Assembly: GCA_036406675.1 (NCBI GenBank)
Contig: DASXAO010000047.1
Location: forward strand, 4,513 to 68,512
DNA from: Burkholderiales bacterium
GTDB taxonomy: Bacteria > Pseudomonadota > Gammaproteobacteria > Burkholderiales > SG8-39
Direction: 5' to 3'
DNA length: 64,000 bases
Shown here piece after piece: positions 61,651 to 64,000 of the stretch. Position 1 is the stretch's first letter. Each line of letters starts with the position of its first letter. The position numbers and the translations under genes are program-made. The notes beneath the pieces are model-generated. The model was not told the DNA's origin. It ran no database searches and saw only the letters and a list, made by a program, of their open reading frames with translations.

Positions 61651-63110
61651 TGCGGCCGGCGCTTCCTGTTGCGCAGGTCGAAGCGCTTGTCCGGATCGAA
61701 GGCGAAATCGGCCAGCTTCGCCTTCTGCACCTTGTTGGTCGAGGTGGTCGGCACGGCGTCGATGAAGGCGACGTAGCCAGGCGCCTTGAAGTAGGCGAGC
61801 CGCGCGAGGCAATGGTCTTGAATCGACCGTGCAAGCTCCAGATCCGCGGTTTCTTTGTTTTGCAAAACAATACAGGCAAAGACTTCTTCGTCGCGGACTG
61901 GGTCGGGTGCGGCGATGACCGCCACCTGGGCGACCGCGGCATGCTCGGCGAGCACGGCTTCCACCTCGAGTGCGGCGATGTTTTCCCCGGCGCGGCGGAT
62001 GATGTTCTTGATCCGGTCAACGAAATGCAGCTGGCCGTCCTCGCCGCGGCGGACCGCGTCGCCGGTGTGGAACCAGCCGCCGCGCCAGGCCGCTTCGGTG
62101 GCCGCCTCGTCCTTCAGGTAGCCGGAAAAGAAACCTCGGCGCGGATCGGCACCGGCCTGCCGGACCAGCAATTCGCCTTCCTTGGTGATCTGGGTTTCGA
62201 CTTCTTTGGGGGGAAAGCCGAAGCACCGCGTGCCGACGTGGCGCGGCTCGCGGCTCGCGGAGATCATCGCGCCGCCGCCGGTCTCGGTCATGGCCCAGGA
62301 CTCGGCCAGCGGGAAGCCGAAGCGCGCCTCGAAGGCGGCGTGGTCGCGCGGGTTCGCATTGGCGCCGAAGCCGAAACGCACGCGGTGCGAGCGATCGAGG
62401 TCGGAGGGTTCCTGGGAGAGAAGCATCGCCGGCATGACGCCGAGATAGTGCACGATCGTCGCGCGCGAGGCGGCGACGTCCCGCCACCAGGTCTTGGGAT
62501 GAAAGCGGTCGAGCTGCACCACGCAGCCCGCCGCCAGGATCATGGCCGTGGTCGACACCGCGAGCGCGTTCATGTGGAAAAGCGGCAGCGGTGTGATGAG
62601 CCGCTCCTCGCCTTCGCGCACGGAGCACAAGCCGCCCAATTCCAGATAGCGCCTGCCGACGTTGAGGAAGTAGAAGTCGTCGAGCAGGCAGCCCTTCGGC
62701 TGGCCGGTGGTGCCGGAGGTATAAAGCAGCGCGCACTCGGAGGCGTCCGCGCGGGGCCCGGGGGAAGGGGGGCTCTCCAGCGTATCGCGCGTGATGACGG
62801 CGCCGGCTTCGCTGTGCGCAAGCACGTATTCGAGCTCGGCGGCGCGATAGTCCGGATTGACGGGCACCACTGCCGCGCCGAGCGAATTGAGCGCGAGGAA
62901 GTGCAGCAGGAATTCCGGGCAGTTCGGCAGCCGCAGCGCCACTCGGTGGCCGGCGCCATATCCCGCCTCGCGGTACCGCCGGGAAATGGAATCGACCCGG
63001 CTCAAGGCATCGCCGTAGCGGTACTCGATGCCTTCGGACAAAACTTGAAGGAAGGGCTTCGCGCCGTGCGCGCGGGCGGTGCGCTCGAAGGCGGAGAAGA
63101 CCGTCGTCAC
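61647..63110 (-). CDS. AMP-dependent acyl-CoA synthetase/ligase (short, 487 aa)
   Basis: GTG at 63110 inside ORF 61647..63938 (start uncertain, no clear SD). YTSGTTGQPKGC, WAMTETGG, WFHTGD, TSTNKVQK. Confidence 0.8.
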   Translation of the reverse strand: MTTVFSAFERTARAHGAKPFLQVLSEGIEYRYGDALSRVDSISRRYREAGYGAGHRVALRLPNCPEFLLHFLALNSLGAAVVPVNPDYRAAELEYVLAHSEAGAVITRDTLESPPSPGPRADASECALLYTSGTTGQPKGCLLDDFYFLNVGRRYLELGGLCSVREGEERLITPLPLFHMNALAVSTTAMILAAGCVVQLDRFHPKTWWRDVAASRATIVHYLGVMPAMLLSQEPSDLDRSHRVRFGFGANANPRDHAAFEARFGFPLAESWAMTETGGGAMISASREPRHVGTRCFGFPPKEVETQITKEGELLVRQAGADPRRGFFSGYLKDEAATEAAWRGGWFHTGDAVRRGEDGQLHFVDRIKNIIRRAGENIAALEVEAVLAEHAAVAQVAVIAAPDPVRDEEVFACIVLQNKETADLELARSIQDHCLARLAYFKAPGYVAFIDAVPTTSTNKVQKAKLADFAFDPDKRFDLRNRKRRPQ

Positions 63111-63161
63111 TCGCTGGATGGTAAGATGCCCCGCGCCGTCTGGACAACCGGAGGAGGGTCC

Positions 63162-64000
63162 TTGAACGCACGTTGTTTTGCCGCCGCGCTGGCGCTTGCC
63201 TGCATAGGCCCGGCAGCGACTGCCGCGGACACCATCAGCGCCACGCACGTATTCCCAGCCTCCCTGGTGTACTCGCGCAGCTTCCTCGAGTTCGTGAAGA
63301 AGGCGAACGAAGCGGGCAAGGGCGTGTTCTCGATCCAGGTGCGCGGCGGGCCCGAGGCCATCGGCATGATGGAGCAGCCCGGTGCGGTGCGCAGCGGCGT
63401 GGTCGACATGGTCTACAGTCCGTGCGCGTTCTACGCCGCGGCGGTGCCCGAGTGCGACGCGGTCAGCGCGAGCACCGTCGACGGGCCGACGGCGCGCAAG
63501 AACGGCGGCATCGACCTGCTGAACCAGATCCACCAGAAGCGCGCAGGGGTGGTGCTGCTCGGCTGGGTCGACAGCGGAATCCGCTTCAACCTGTGGTCGA
63601 CCAAGGAGCCGAAGCTCGACTCGAGCGGGCACATCGACATCAAGGGCTTCAAGGTGCGCGGCAACCCGATCTACAACGCGTTCCTCACCAATTACCTCGG
63701 CGCGCAGGTGATCAACCTGCCCTCGACCGAGCTCTACACCGCGCTCGAGCGCGGCACGGTCGACCTCACGGCGTGGACCCAGATCGGCCTGATGGACCTG
63801 AACTGGGACCGCTACATCAAGTACCGCATCCTGCCGGACTTCTTCGAAACCGACCTCATGATCCTCGCCAACCAGAAGAAGTGGCAGTCGCTCGCGCCGA
63901 AGACCCGCGAGATCCTGCAGCGCGTCGCGATCGAGCACGAGGTCTCCAGCCTGAAAGACCTGCAGGCGCTGTGGAAGAAGGAGGAGGCCGAGCTCGCCAA
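63162..64000 (+). CDS. TRAP transporter DctP-type solute receptor, 3' end cut by window edge (not in the supplied ORF track)
   Basis: My own translation. TTG at 63162 after GGAGGAGGG (alternative in-frame ATG at 63126) gives (M)NARCFAAALALACIGPAATAA/DTISATHVFPASLVYSRSFLEFVKKANEAGKGVFSIQVRGGPEAIG...GFKVRGNPIYNAFLTNYLGAQVINLPSTELYTALERGTVD... The frame is open to base 64000. Confidence 0.75.
   Translation, partial: MNARCFAAALALACIGPAATAADTISATHVFPASLVYSRSFLEFVKKANEAGKGVFSIQVRGGPEAIGMMEQPGAVRSGVVDMVYSPCAFYAAAVPECDAVSASTVDGPTARKNGGIDLLNQIHQKRAGVVLLGWVDSGIRFNLWSTKEPKLDSSGHIDIKGFKVRGNPIYNAFLTNYLGAQVINLPSTELYTALERGTVDLTAWTQIGLMDLNWDRYIKYRILPDFFETDLMILANQKKWQSLAPKTREILQRVAIEHEVSSLKDLQALWKKEEAELA

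Noticed and set aside
61647-63938. 763-aa minus-strand ORF, suggesting a much longer acyl-CoA ligase.
   Set aside because: Ligase homology starts near GTG 63110. The upstream 276 codons are antisense to a convincing DctP-type receptor ORF on the plus strand.

Overview
This is a 64-kb, high-G+C chromosomal segment; hand-counted 60-nt lines are mostly about 65-70% G+C. Gene content looks proteobacterial and probably betaproteobacterial/Burkholderiales-like. That placement is an inference from two Bug/TctC receptors, a ppiD-fabI-yejABEF-like block, an mltD-methyltransferase-rnhA-dnaQ block and cysHDN. I call about 70 tightly packed protein genes, many joined by 4-nt ATGA/GTGA start-stop overlaps. 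I recognised no rRNA, tRNA, CRISPR array, transposase, integrase or phage gene. The ORF track is dominated by long antisense or out-of-frame ORFs typical of high-G+C DNA. Real genes were picked by domain motifs, signal peptides, GC3 and start-stop coupling, and several true starts lie well inside the listed ORFs.

Main items worth a second look:
1. 54432-63110: an eight-gene, translationally coupled minus-strand operon. It combines an acyl-CoA ligase, a thiolase-fold protein that appears to lack the Cys/His catalytic residues, a DUF35-SDR fusion with Tyr->Phe at the catalytic position, a cyclase-fold hydrolase, a hydantoin-racemase-fold protein lacking both catalytic Cys, a LeuCD-like dehydratase and a hydantoinase-like amidohydrolase. 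A divergent TRAP receptor ORF at the window edge is missing from the ORF track.
2. 18670-24076: a CADD/heme-oxygenase-like diiron-oxidase gene with an apparently complete ligand set. It sits opposite a ferredoxin / 97-aa unknown / ferredoxin operon and is followed by aldehyde dehydrogenase, GlcG, TctC and GntR genes. Two GntR-type palindromes lie in the shared promoter.
3. 6526-11138: a flavodoxin-like NAD(P)H quinone reductase::UbiA prenyltransferase fusion coupled to a MacB/FtsX-type ABC system.
4. 34887-39093: three tandem, coupled MltD-like lytic transglycosylase paralogs.
5. A GGGGTC(A/T)GACCCC hairpin repeat family that contributes the C-terminal codons of two genes and splits an operon.
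6. 48938-49471: a low-G+C orphan gene.
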